Positions 35,928-45,258 of a stretch of 64,000 nt of DNA are shown piece by piece; position 1 is the first letter of the stretch; each line of letters starts with the position of its first letter. Position numbers and translations under genes: made by a program. This DNA comes from Candidatus Calditenuaceae archaeon (GTDB taxonomy: Archaea; Thermoproteota; Nitrososphaeria_A; Caldarchaeales; Calditenuaceae): NCBI GenBank assembly GCA_025058055.1, contig JANXEU010000007.1, positions 379 through 64,378 on the forward strand, read 5' to 3'. The notes under the pieces were generated by a model. The model ran no database searches, was not told the origin of the DNA, and saw only the letters and a list, made by a program, of their open reading frames with translations.

Positions 35928-37856
35928 TCAACTCCTACCCGAGAGTTCACGTTCGAGGACCTGCTTCGCCTCTAGCACCTCCCTAACGCTGGCGTCGTCC
36001 TCAAGAGTGGAGAGGTCGCCGAGCTCAGAACCGGTCAGAACGGCCCTGATCACCCTCCTCATGATCTTACCCGTTCTGGTCTTGGGTAGCCGATCCACAA
36101 CGACGACCCGCTCGACGTATGCCACGGCACCCATCTCTCTTCTTACCAGCTCCCTCACCTCTTCAGACAGCCTCTCTCTGTCGGCGTTTAGACTGATTTT
36201 AGGTGTGACCAGAACCACCAACGCCTCGCCCCTAATGGGATCGGGAACCGATACGACCGCAGCCTCTGCGACCGCGGGATGTCGAGAAGCGACGTTTTCT
36301 ACGTCAGCCGGCGCGAGCCTGTGACCCGCGACCTTGACAACGTCGTCCACCCTCCCGAGTATGTAGACGTATCCGTCGGAGTCGAGGTATCCGTAGTCAC
36401 CGGTCAAATACACTCCGAACTTCTGCCAGTAGGTCCTCACGTAACGATCCGGATCGCCCCAGATGGTGTACATGAACGCAGGTGGTGTCGGTGGGTAGAC
36501 CACCACGTTGCCGCGCTCATAGGGCCCCAGCTCCCGACCGCCGTCATCGATCACGCCTATCTTTATTCCCGGATAGGGAAGACCCACGGACCCTTGTCTG
36601 TAGGCTATGGCTCCCGCTATGCCATACCCTCCAGGTGCAGCTATGAATCCGCTGTTCTCGGTCTGGCCCCAAGTCTCTATCACGGCGCAGTCGTCTCTGT
36701 CCTTTGCGACGTTTCGGCGGAGCCACCTCCACGCTTCCTCACCCAATATCTCGCCTGCGCTGACGATGATCCTCAGAGACCTTAGGGAGTATTTCCCTGG
36801 GATCTGATCGCCGTACCTCATGAGCAACCTGACCGCCGTCGGCGCAACCCACATGCTCGTGACCTGATGTTCGTCGACGATCTCCCACCAGATCCCCGAA
36901 TGCGGATGGTCGGGTGCGTCCTCATACCAGAGAACGGTCGCACCGTTGAGCAGGGGGCCGTAAATACTGTAGCTGTGGCCGTTTATCCAGCCTATGTCTG
37001 GGGTGGAGAAGAACACGTCGTTGTCTCCCCAGTTGAAGAGCCACTTGTTGTGTGCGTACGCCCACACCATGTACTGGCCGTGCAGGTGCATGACGCCCTT
37101 CGGCCTCCCCGTTGTGCCGGACGTGTAAAGTATGAAGAGCGGATCCTCGGACCTGACGGGTTCGGGCTCAACGACTGGAGCCTTCTCGACCTCCGAGAGC
37201 AGATCGTGATACCAGTAATCAATGGATCGATTCATCTTTACGTCGATGCCGGGCCTCTTCACGACGATCACGCTCTCCACAGATCCCGCCCTCTCAACTG
37301 CACCGTCGACCACCTCCTTGAGCGGAATTACCTTCCCTCTCCTGAACATGGCATCTGCCGTTACGACGACCCTTGACTGAGAGTCCGCGATCCTCTCCGC
37401 AAGCGCTTGGACACCGAACCCGCTGAAGACGACGCTGTGCACCGCACCGAGCCTGGCGACGGAGAGAACGGCGATCATCGCCTCTGGTATCATCGGCATG
37501 TAGACCGTGACTCTGTCGCCCTTTCTGAGGCCTAAAGATTTGAGGGCGAGGGAGAACCTGTTCACCTCCCTCAACAGATCCCAGTAGGTCAGGTGACGCG
37601 ATTGCCGATCACGACCGACCCACGTAAGAGCGACCTTCGTGGCTCTGCCGCGTTTGATGTTCCTGTCTAAACAGTTGAAGGAGATGTTCGTCTCTCCGCC
37701 TACGAACCACCGGTAGAAGGGTGGATTGGAGTCGTCCAAGGTGATGTCCCATTTCTTAAACCACTCGAGCTCGGCCGCCACCCTCTCCCAGAACTTCGTC
37801 GGTTCGCGCATCGACTCCTCCCAGAGCTTGCGATGGGCCGCGATGACCCCATTCAT
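35928..37856 (-). CDS. AMP-forming acetyl-CoA synthetase family enzyme
   Basis: 642 aa. ACS N-terminal domain (EPTKFWERVAAELEWFKKWD), P-loop YTSGTTGRPKGVMH, LPKTRTGKIMRR. Confidence 0.85.
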   Translation of the reverse strand: MNGVIAAHRKLWEESMREPTKFWERVAAELEWFKKWDITLDDSNPPFYRWFVGGETNISFNCLDRNIKRGRATKVALTWVGRDRQSRHLTYWDLLREVNRFSLALKSLGLRKGDRVTVYMPMIPEAMIAVLSVARLGAVHSVVFSGFGVQALAERIADSQSRVVVTADAMFRRGKVIPLKEVVDGAVERAGSVESVIVVKRPGIDVKMNRSIDYWYHDLLSEVEKAPVVEPEPVRSEDPLFILYTSGTTGRPKGVMHLHGQYMVWAYAHNKWLFNWGDNDVFFSTPDIGWINGHSYSIYGPLLNGATVLWYEDAPDHPHSGIWWEIVDEHQVTSMWVAPTAVRLLMRYGDQIPGKYSLRSLRIIVSAGEILGEEAWRWLRRNVAKDRDDCAVIETWGQTENSGFIAAPGGYGIAGAIAYRQGSVGLPYPGIKIGVIDDGGRELGPYERGNVVVYPPTPPAFMYTIWGDPDRYVRTYWQKFGVYLTGDYGYLDSDGYVYILGRVDDVVKVAGHRLAPADVENVASRHPAVAEAAVVSVPDPIRGEALVVLVTPKISLNADRERLSEEVRELVRREMGAVAYVERVVVVDRLPKTRTGKIMRRVIRAVLTGSELGDLSTLEDDASVREVLEAKQVLERELSGRS

Positions 37857-37913
37857 CGAAATCTAGGCTGACGGCCATCCGATAAATCCGTTTCAACGAG
37901 TTAAAGGTGCTCC

Positions 37914-38444
37914 TCAACTAGCTCTCAAGAGGCCGACTATGTGGGGGAGCTCCTCGGAGATGAGCTCGGCAGCCAGCCTTGCACCATCCGGGGAACCCGG
38001 AAATGCTAATACAACACAGCCCATGACGATTCCGGCGGTGGCCCTGCTTAGCATCGCAGCGGCACCTATCCTCCTGAAGCTCTCGATCCTAAGGACCTCT
38101 CCAAACCCCGGCAACTCCTTCTCAAAGAGCGGCCTCAGAGCCTCGACGGTGACGTCCTTCCTAGCGACCCCAGTACCCCCTATCACGATGAAGACGTCAC
38201 AACCTTCTCCGATGCCCTTGAGCACGGCTTCACGTATCTGCTTGACGTCGTCGTCAACGACTCCGTACCTCAATACAGAGTGACCCTTTCGATCGAGCAC
38301 CTCCGTCACCGCATCGCCCGAGTCGTCGACTACCTTATCGCCGCGCTGGAGAGCCTCGTACCGCGAGGTGCTAGCAGTCACGACACCGATCTTGATGGTC
38401 TTTGGTGCCCTTTCCCTATGCTCCTTAACAGCACCGGTGCCCAT
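37914..38444 (-). CDS. moaB: MoaB/MogA-family molybdopterin adenylyltransferase-like protein
   Basis: IGVVTASTSRYE...DDSGDAV..., GGTGVARKD and a GxxDG-like pattern of the MogA/MoaB fold. Confidence 0.7.
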   Translation of the reverse strand: MGTGAVKEHRERAPKTIKIGVVTASTSRYEALQRGDKVVDDSGDAVTEVLDRKGHSVLRYGVVDDDVKQIREAVLKGIGEGCDVFIVIGGTGVARKDVTVEALRPLFEKELPGFGEVLRIESFRRIGAAAMLSRATAGIVMGCVVLAFPGSPDGARLAAELISEELPHIVGLLRAS

Positions 38445-38468
38445 GTCTTGATGGCCACGAACTCTCTA

Positions 38469-39413
38469 TTAATTCCGAGCCCGTCTTATCTGCTCGGCGA
38501 ATTCAATCACCTCGCCTGCAAGCCTCTTAGCGACCTCGCGCGAGGTCATTATCGTGTCCGTGACCAAAACCTCGATACCGAACCTCGACTTGAGAGAGTG
38601 TGCCTGATCGGAATCGATCCTGTCGATCACCAGACCCTCAATGAGGCCGTCGAAGAACTCAGCTACTCCGAGTACGCCCTTCTCGTACCCGTAGGCCTCG
38701 AGGAGTTTGTCCGCGGGCCCTCTGATAGCCTTACCTCCAACTATCGGGCTCACGGCGACCTTCACGGCTTCTGACAGCCTGATCTCTTCGATGACCCCTC
38801 GTGTCTCGAGTATGGGGTGAATGCTGAGGATGGGGTTACTGGGTGCGAAGACCATCGTCTCTGCGGACCTAAGTGCCTCAACGACGCCAGGCGCCGGATG
38901 CTCGGACGGCGACCTCTCCCACCTGACATCGATTACTCGGGGCTCGGTCCGACGTTTCACGAAGTACTCCTGAAAAGTCATGGGGCCCTCATCCGTGACT
39001 ACGACGCTTACGACCCTGTAATCGGTCATGGGCAACACTCTACATCTCAATCCTAACCTCCTCGAGATCACCTCGGTTGCCTCCGTGAGGCTGAACCCCT
39101 CGGCGAGCATCTTGTTCCTCATCAGGTTGACGGCCATGTCAGAGTCGCCGATCTTGAACCAGTTCTCGAAACCCAACACCCCAATCATCTCGTTGCACCT
39201 GAAGGTGTCGCCCTTTATTCCCCAGCCCCTCTCCCAGTCGCCGATGCCGGAGAGAGCGTAAATGACGGTGTCGATGTCCGGGGAAACGTGGAGCCCGTAT
39301 ATCACCTCGTCGTCAGCGGTATTCACGATCACCACCAGCGCCTCGCCCAAGAGGTCGTAGAGACCGGCTGCAAGCCTCGACCCACCGACTCCTCCGGAGA
39401 ACAGAACCATCAA
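38469..39413 (-). CDS. cofD: 2-phospho-L-lactate transferase (CofD family; F420 biosynthesis)
   Basis: VLFSGGVGGSRL, VIVNTADDEVIYGLHVSPDIDTVIYALSGI..GWGIKGDTF, FKIGDSDMA, FQEYFVKRRT, APSNPILSIHPIL and AVSPIVGGKAIRGPADKLL closely track the archaeal CofD sequence. Confidence 0.85.
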   Translation of the reverse strand: MMVLFSGGVGGSRLAAGLYDLLGEALVVIVNTADDEVIYGLHVSPDIDTVIYALSGIGDWERGWGIKGDTFRCNEMIGVLGFENWFKIGDSDMAVNLMRNKMLAEGFSLTEATEVISRRLGLRCRVLPMTDYRVVSVVVTDEGPMTFQEYFVKRRTEPRVIDVRWERSPSEHPAPGVVEALRSAETMVFAPSNPILSIHPILETRGVIEEIRLSEAVKVAVSPIVGGKAIRGPADKLLEAYGYEKGVLGVAEFFDGLIEGLVIDRIDSDQAHSLKSRFGIEVLVTDTIMTSREVAKRLAGEVIEFAEQIRRARN

Positions 39414-40051
39414 AGAGGATTACCCCACTTATCCATGAACGCTATCTCGCTCAACGGCCTCCTTCTGGGTGGCCTCTCTCCGCCGGGGGACCCGATCTCG
39501 ATCAGGGCCTGTGGCTCCACGTCCTCAGGTACGTTCAGCACCCTTCTGACGGCCTCCGGTGCAAAAAGCGGCCCGCTCCTCCAACAGGCACCAAGCCCCA
39601 ACGCGTGCAGCGCAAGTAGGAGGTTCTGAATGAAGGCCGCGACCGATTGGACGGCCATCAAGTACTCGAACCTCCTCCTTCGCTCATCGGGATACACGTC
39701 CATGTCGTCCATGGTGAGACAGACTACCAACAGCGCCGAGGCCCTTAAAGTCCTCTTCACGGACTCCCTCACGATCGTCTCGATCCTCCACTCCGGGTGG
39801 CCGTCTGCTCTGAGGTCACTCCTCCAGACCATCGCCATCTCCTCGAGCAGTTTAACGATGAGGGGCCTGTCTTTCACTATCACCACCCTCCAAGGTTGCG
39901 CGTTGTGGGCGCTGGGTGCACAGGACGCGACCTCCAACGCAGCGACTATCAGCTCAGTCGGAACTTCAACCTCTCTGAGAAGCTTCGAGGATCTCCTCGA
40001 CTTGATCAGATCCAATAGCTTCAACTTCTCCGGGGAGATCTGCTGCACCAT
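39410..40051 (-). CDS. Nitroreductase-family flavoprotein (FbiB-C-terminal-like or BluB-like)
   Basis: LLDLIKSRRSSKLL...HNAQPWRVVIV is the nitroreductase N-terminal signature. Its stop overlaps the cofD start (ATGA). The ORF track's start at 40108 would overlap the upstream gene; ATG 40051 (MVQQISPEKLKLLDLIKSRRS) is preferred. Confidence 0.6.
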   Translation of the reverse strand: MVQQISPEKLKLLDLIKSRRSSKLLREVEVPTELIVAALEVASCAPSAHNAQPWRVVIVKDRPLIVKLLEEMAMVWRSDLRADGHPEWRIETIVRESVKRTLRASALLVVCLTMDDMDVYPDERRRRFEYLMAVQSVAAFIQNLLLALHALGLGACWRSGPLFAPEAVRRVLNVPEDVEPQALIEIGSPGGERPPRRRPLSEIAFMDKWGNPL

Positions 40052-40088
40052 CACGAGTGCTTCCAAAGGGCCGGTGATATCCTTCGCT

Positions 40089-40730
40089 CTACAACGATCT
40101 CGCCACAAGCTCCGCTACTCGAAGGTCTTCAAGCGTGTTCACGTTGATCGCTAGGCGCGGTTCCTCCACCGTCACGAAGAAGGGATCCGAGAGCACCTCA
40201 CCGACCGGTACAGCTCCATACCTTATCATCCTGATACCTGTGGGGAAATAATGCTTGCCTTCATGGCTGAAACGTGTTACACTTCTGAGCGGAACTCCCA
40301 CCGACTTGGCGAGATGCTCGCTGACAACAACCACCACGTAGTTCCTGTCGGCCAAGTCGCCTGCGCTGTGACGCACCAGCAAACCATCGATCACCTGTGG
40401 AACGAGAAACGGGACGTCCGCGGAGAAGGTCACGTAGAGACCCGGCCCCAGCTTCTCGAGAGCCGCCTTGAGGTCTTCATAGTATCCGAGCCCTGCAGCC
40501 ACCAAGACGTCGTAGCCTACCTGCCGAAGGAAACTCGTCGTCTTGGGTGTGTTCGTGCTGGTGACGCATATTAGGCCCTTGAGCCCTCTCACTCCAATCA
40601 AACGGTCTAGAACGTGTTCGATCATCATCTTGCCAGCCAACTCCATCAGCGGCTTCTCGGTCGCGGTGCCCATCCTCGTCCCCTTGCCGCCGGCCATGAG
40701 AAGGCCAATGTGCGTCGGAGAGGGGTACAT
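40089..40730 (-). CDS. cobY: CobY-like GTP:adenosylcobinamide-phosphate guanylyltransferase / MobA-like NTP-transferase
   Basis: IGLLMAGGKGTRMGTATEKPLMELAGKMMIEHV...ICVTSTNTPKTTSFL...GLGYYEDL closely parallels archaeal CobY (ALIMAGGKGTRMG..EKPLIKL...ATSPNTPKT...GKGYIEDL). Confidence 0.65.
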   Translation of the reverse strand: MYPSPTHIGLLMAGGKGTRMGTATEKPLMELAGKMMIEHVLDRLIGVRGLKGLICVTSTNTPKTTSFLRQVGYDVLVAAGLGYYEDLKAALEKLGPGLYVTFSADVPFLVPQVIDGLLVRHSAGDLADRNYVVVVVSEHLAKSVGVPLRSVTRFSHEGKHYFPTGIRMIRYGAVPVGEVLSDPFFVTVEEPRLAINVNTLEDLRVAELVARSL

Positions 40731-40754
40731 CGGCCGGCATGCCGGAGTTCTATC

Positions 40755-40766
40755 GGGTTTTAAACA
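40755..40766 (-). promoter_or_regulatory. TATA-like box (TTTAAAA on - strand) for cobY-nitroreductase-cofD operon
   Basis: It lies about 30 nt upstream of the cobY ATG (40730), in the divergent intergenic region shared with tbp. Confidence 0.4.
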
Positions 40767-40802
40767 GTGTCGATCGGGTGCACTCGCCTTCCCATTATAA
40801 AC

Positions 40803-40834
40803 ATTTAAATGCGTAAAGGGGCGGGGCTTTAAAT
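40803..40834 (+). promoter_or_regulatory. Two direct copies of CTTTAAATG (TATA-like) upstream of tbp
   Basis: catTTAAATgcg lies at about -38 and ctTTAAATggg at about -15 relative to the tbp start. Confidence 0.4.
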
Positions 40835-40843
40835 GGGCAGATC

Positions 40844-41425
40844 ATGGCGCAGGAGTATCCTGAACCAAAGATCGAGATCCAGAACGTCGTGGCCTCTGTG
40901 ACGCTGAACCAGAGACTGGACCTTCAGTCGATTCAGAACGCCTTTCCTCAAGTGGACTATAAGCCAGCCCAGTTCCCAGGTCTAGTGTTCAGGCTTGAGA
41001 GGCCGAAGACCGCGACGCTGATCTTCAGCAGCGGCAAGATGGTCTGCACAGGCGCGAAGAGCGAGGAGGAGTCTAAGAGGGCCGTGAAGAGGGTGGTGAG
41101 GCTGTTGAAGGAGAAGGGTTTCTTGGTGAGCGAGGACGCGATCATCGAGGTCCAGAACATCGTCGCCTCCATCGACCTCTTCGGTCGGATCAACCTCGAG
41201 AGGGCCGCGCAGGTCCTGGAGACCGTGATGTACGAGCCCGAGCAATTCCCAGGCCTCATCTACAGGATGTCTGAACCGAAGGTCGTGATCTTGATGTTCG
41301 CTAGCGGCAAGCTCGTCTGCACGGGCGCCAAGACAGAGGCCGAGGTCCACGAGGCGGTGATGAGGCTCTCGGAGGAGTTAAGAAGGAAGGGACTGATCAC
41401 ATACGTCACCCGCGTGAACAAGTAG
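40844..41425 (+). CDS. tbp: TATA-box binding protein
   Basis: 193 aa with two direct repeats (IQNVVASVTLNQRLDLQSI.../IQNIVASIDLFGRINLERA...) and a PGLVFRL/PGLIYRM pair. Confidence 0.95.
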   Translation: MAQEYPEPKIEIQNVVASVTLNQRLDLQSIQNAFPQVDYKPAQFPGLVFRLERPKTATLIFSSGKMVCTGAKSEEESKRAVKRVVRLLKEKGFLVSEDAIIEVQNIVASIDLFGRINLERAAQVLETVMYEPEQFPGLIYRMSEPKVVILMFASGKLVCTGAKTEAEVHEAVMRLSEELRRKGLITYVTRVNK

Positions 41426-41431
41426 TGTTAT

Positions 41432-42115
41432 GTGTCCTGTTTAAATCCTGGGCATCACAAATTTAAGTGTGGAGTAGGCTTGATTAAGGTAAGGGCCCGG
41501 ATGCCGATCTACTGCCCTTGGGCCATGCTCCTGAGGTCTCTGGGTAATACCTGTGAACTCATCACTTGTGTACCTAGGGCCAAGTACCTCGGAGTGAACG
41601 CGTTAGTGAAGGTGAGGTCACCTGAGTTAGGAGCTGAAGAGTTGAGCGAGAGGGTCTCAACGGTGCAGGGTGTCGAGCGCGCCGTCTTTTACGACGCCCT
41701 TGAGGCAGGGAGTTACGTCGGAACTGTGATGACGAAAGTTTGTGCCTGCGCGCGATCCGGTGTACCGTTTAACAGGTTGCTAATGGCTAAGGAATCGGAA
41801 GGCGGTATCAGCTTTGAGTTTCTTTTTCAAGACCCCGACGAGTTCAGCGAATTCATCAAGGAGGCGGACGCCAGAGGGTACTCTGTGAACGTCGAGGAAG
41901 TTAGACCGGTTGAAAAAACATCAATTCAAACCCAACTCACTCGAACCCAGATGCAACTTCTCGCAGCGGCGCTACACATCGGTTTCTACGAGGTGCCCAA
42001 GAAGGCCGGAATGAGGGAGCTGGCACACCTCTTCGGCACTTCACCAAGAGCCGTCTCTGAAGTACTTAGGAGAGCTCACAAGAAGTTAGTTTCTTCAGCA
42101 TTAGCCTCAACCTAG
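41432..42115 (+). CDS. HTH_10 (bacterio-opsin-activator-type) transcriptional regulator
   Basis: C-terminal LTRTQMQLLAAALHIGFYEVPKKAGMRELAHLFGTSPRAVSEVLRRAHKKLV is the HTH_10 pattern. The N-terminal ~25 aa from the ORF track may be over-extension; Met 41501 is an alternative start. Confidence 0.55.
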   Translation: MSCLNPGHHKFKCGVGLIKVRARMPIYCPWAMLLRSLGNTCELITCVPRAKYLGVNALVKVRSPELGAEELSERVSTVQGVERAVFYDALEAGSYVGTVMTKVCACARSGVPFNRLLMAKESEGGISFEFLFQDPDEFSEFIKEADARGYSVNVEEVRPVEKTSIQTQLTRTQMQLLAAALHIGFYEVPKKAGMRELAHLFGTSPRAVSEVLRRAHKKLVSSALAST

Positions 42116-42279
42116 AAATTCTGAGCGCAATTATGACAATAGAATTCGCTTAGTATACGTCTGCACCAGAGCGAATATGCCGGGTCAAAAACTAGCTTGG
42201 CAGCCAGCTCTCGCGGTCGCGCGTATCTGTTGATGTTCTTTAGGTTCAGCAGTAGTGTAATTGAATTAACTTTCAGGAC

Positions 42280-43086
42280 TTAGCGATTACCGGTATCAAC
42301 GGCAGGCCTCCAATTGATAATCTTCTGTTCTAATAGAGCAACAGTAGTGAACATTGAGAGTCCCAGACTTGCCATGACCAAGCATATGGCGGCCGATAGC
42401 GCAACGTCAACATAGTAAATGCTCGCCAGTAACAGGTAACCTAGACCACCAGTAGAGCCTGCCATTTCGCCGACGACTGAGCCTACCACGGATAGGACCG
42501 ACGCGATCTTGAGTGCTGCGAAGACGTTCGGAAGTGCTGCCCTCAGTCTGACCTCGGTGAAGACCTTTCGCTCGTCGGCGCCTAAGGACTTCAAGAGGTC
42601 GGTTAACTCCTGATCGACGTATTTCAACCCCGAGACGGTCCCAACAGTTACTGGGAAATAAGAGACTAGCGCTGCCATGATGATCTTCGCCCAAACGTCG
42701 TAACCGAGCCAGAAGGTCAGAAGGGGAGCCATCGCGACTAGCGGGACAGCCTTGCTCGTGACGACGATGGGGTAGAGAATTCTCTCTAAGAATCTCGAGT
42801 AATACATCATTACTCCGATCCCGAAGCCTACTCCGGCACCTATCGCAAACCCAGCAACGGACTCGAAGGCAGTCATGCTGAAATGTCTTAAGAGGAACGA
42901 GGGCCCAGTATTGCGGATTGAGGCTGCCAAGTCTGAGACCGCGGGGAGTATCACCCTAGGGATGCTGTTGGTACGCGCGAACAGCTCGACAGCTAGCGTT
43001 AACAGACCTAGAAGCGCAACCGACGGCCACCACTCTTTCATCGTCGTCAAAGTCCCGCTGATCAAACTCCCCTTTGTCCGGGTCAA
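42280..43086 (-). CDS. ABC transporter permease (NitT/TauT/Ssu family)
   Basis: BPD_transp_1 signature region with 6 TM helices. It has a 4-nt overlap with the ATPase gene. Confidence 0.75.
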   Translation of the reverse strand: MTRTKGSLISGTLTTMKEWWPSVALLGLLTLAVELFARTNSIPRVILPAVSDLAASIRNTGPSFLLRHFSMTAFESVAGFAIGAGVGFGIGVMMYYSRFLERILYPIVVTSKAVPLVAMAPLLTFWLGYDVWAKIIMAALVSYFPVTVGTVSGLKYVDQELTDLLKSLGADERKVFTEVRLRAALPNVFAALKIASVLSVVGSVVGEMAGSTGGLGYLLLASIYYVDVALSAAICLVMASLGLSMFTTVALLEQKIINWRPAVDTGNR

Positions 43087-43868
43087 CTCGCCATCATCAA
43101 CCTCGGAATCCTGAGAGCCTTCCGAACGCTGATGACGTGTTCGTAGTACCGCTCGCTCTCAAGTAATCTAGGATCGCGAGCCGGACCCAAATCCACGCGA
43201 ACCTCGGTCACCTTTTGCCCGGGTCTCGCTGAAAGAACGACCACTCGATCAGAGAACAGAACCGCTTCGTACACGTTGTGAGTTATTAAAAGCGCCGTTA
43301 TGTGGGTCGGTTCACATAGCCTCAGCATGTCGAAGTTCAACATCTCTCGGTTCATCTCGTCGAGGGCTGCAAAAGGCTCGTCTAGAAGTAGAACTCTTGG
43401 AGACTGTATCATCGCTCGAGCTAAAGCGCAACGTTGTTGCATCCCAATCGAGAGCTCGTTGGGGTAACTGTGCTCGAAGCCTCCCAGCCCTATCGCTCTG
43501 AGTAAATTTACCGCTTTTCGCTTGACGCGGTCGTCGGTCCTGCCCCTGATCCGGAGAGGAAGCAGAACGTTCTCCAACACGCTCCTCCACGGCAAGAGAG
43601 TCGGTTTCTGAAAGACGACACCTATCTCTCCACGTCTTCTGGGAAGATCTGGCTCCTCTCCGTCTATCAACACTCTACCGCTAGTAGGCTTCAAGAGGCC
43701 TGCAGCGACTTTGAGCAGCGTGGTCTTCCCACAGCCCGAGGGCCCCAGCAACGCAACTTTCTCGCCTGCTTCAACGTGGATGGAAATGGGGCCGAGCGCG
43801 TCAACGAAGTTCCCGTTCTTCGATCTATAACGTACTGTCAGCTCGTCCACCGATATTTCTGCACCCAT
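43083..43868 (-). CDS. ABC transporter ATP-binding protein (NitT/TauT/Ssu family)
   Basis: Walker A GPSGCGKTT, signature LSIGMQQR, Walker B LLLLDEP. Confidence 0.8.
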   Translation of the reverse strand: MGAEISVDELTVRYRSKNGNFVDALGPISIHVEAGEKVALLGPSGCGKTTLLKVAAGLLKPTSGRVLIDGEEPDLPRRRGEIGVVFQKPTLLPWRSVLENVLLPLRIRGRTDDRVKRKAVNLLRAIGLGGFEHSYPNELSIGMQQRCALARAMIQSPRVLLLDEPFAALDEMNREMLNFDMLRLCEPTHITALLITHNVYEAVLFSDRVVVLSARPGQKVTEVRVDLGPARDPRLLESERYYEHVISVRKALRIPRLMMAS

Positions 43869-43872
43869 TTGC

Positions 43873-45258
43873 TCAGACCCCCAGCTTTCCTGGGTTCATG
43901 ATGCCGTTGGGGTCCACCCTTCGCTTGAAGTCCATCATGGCCTGCAGTTTCTCTGGAAAGAGGGCACCCAGCCTATCGTTTACGAGGTGCGAATGCAAGT
44001 CAAACTTGTAGCCGACTCCAGCGAACCTCTTCCTCAACGCCGCAAGCGTTTCGGCATCACCTTCCACAAAGAGCCCGAAGTGCGCGTACGGAGCACCTCT
44101 TATCCAGAAGAGGTTCACTTCGATTAAGGGGGCCCACTCCTCGTGCGCGGAGACCTCTTCAACAACGTCCCAAACTCTGTTATGGTGATGATAAAAGACT
44201 AAGTAAAGTAAATGTCTGTGAGGATCTCGTTCTTTTATGTGCCTGATTATGTATGGTGTCTGTGGAAGGCCGAACACCCCTGATAGTATTCTGTCGATGG
44301 AGACCCGATCCGTCACCTTAACACGGTCGATGCTTCCGCTACAACGTTCCACGTAACTCTTGAAGGTCGCAGCTAAGTGCCTATTTGTCGGGTAGGCGGC
44401 CATAACGTACCACCCCTCTCTAGCCCTGCTTGATCTGGTGAGGTCTTCCATCAACCTGCCATAACCCGAGTTTCTCACCGTTAGGTGCCAGAACTGAACT
44501 CTGTCTCGAATTAAGAGGTCAATGAACTCTGCCACTGAGCTCAGTTCACGAAAGTAACCCTCTGCGAGGACGTGATCCCATAAAGGTCGTAGCATCAGAC
44601 CCACCTCTACGACCACACCAACGGTTCCCATGCTGTGCGTGACTGTCTCGACTTCGTCCGACTGAAGTTCCAGCACCTCGCCCTTAGGTGTAACCAGCCT
44701 CAAGGAGGATACGTTGTCCCAGATAAGTCCGTACTCATATGACCCGATACCTCTACTGCCACCCACAACGAATCCACCGACTGTGGCCAGAGGATAGCTG
44801 GTGGGGTAGACTCTGAGGTCTAGGCCCCTAGCACGAACGTGCTGCATTAGCGTTCCAAACCTACATCCGCCCTCCACCCGAACCGTCGAATCATCGATCC
44901 TTCCAACTCCGTTCATCAATCTCATGTCCATCAGTATCCCTCCTCTGATAGGAAGGACGCCTCCCACGTTGTTGCCTGTCCCCCCGCCTTTCGGTACGAC
45001 CGGGATGCCGTGTGAGTCGGCAAAGCTCAACAACCATATCACTTCCTCCAAGCATCGAGGAAAAACCACCACGTCTGCTACGGCAGAGCCGATGAGCTCA
45101 GAAAAAGCCGGAGATATCCAGGCCCATTCGGTTGAGAGTTTCCTCCTGACCCACTCTTCTCGGTAGGTCCGACCCCTGAACTTCTTCTCGATTTCGCTCA
45201 AAAGGTCTTCATCCACAACAACCCTCTCGTGCCCCTCACAGCTATTTGGCAGAGACAT
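43873..45258 (-). CDS. FAD-linked oxidase (PCMH-type FAD-binding domain; GlcD/D-lactate dehydrogenase-like)
   Basis: 461 aa. FAD_binding_4 pattern (VVVFPRCLEEVIWLLSFADSHGIPVVPKGGGTGNNVGG) and C-terminal ...MDFKRRVDPNGIMNPGKL typical of FAD-linked oxidases. Confidence 0.7.
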   Translation of the reverse strand: MSLPNSCEGHERVVVDEDLLSEIEKKFRGRTYREEWVRRKLSTEWAWISPAFSELIGSAVADVVVFPRCLEEVIWLLSFADSHGIPVVPKGGGTGNNVGGVLPIRGGILMDMRLMNGVGRIDDSTVRVEGGCRFGTLMQHVRARGLDLRVYPTSYPLATVGGFVVGGSRGIGSYEYGLIWDNVSSLRLVTPKGEVLELQSDEVETVTHSMGTVGVVVEVGLMLRPLWDHVLAEGYFRELSSVAEFIDLLIRDRVQFWHLTVRNSGYGRLMEDLTRSSRAREGWYVMAAYPTNRHLAATFKSYVERCSGSIDRVKVTDRVSIDRILSGVFGLPQTPYIIRHIKERDPHRHLLYLVFYHHHNRVWDVVEEVSAHEEWAPLIEVNLFWIRGAPYAHFGLFVEGDAETLAALRKRFAGVGYKFDLHSHLVNDRLGALFPEKLQAMMDFKRRVDPNGIMNPGKLGV

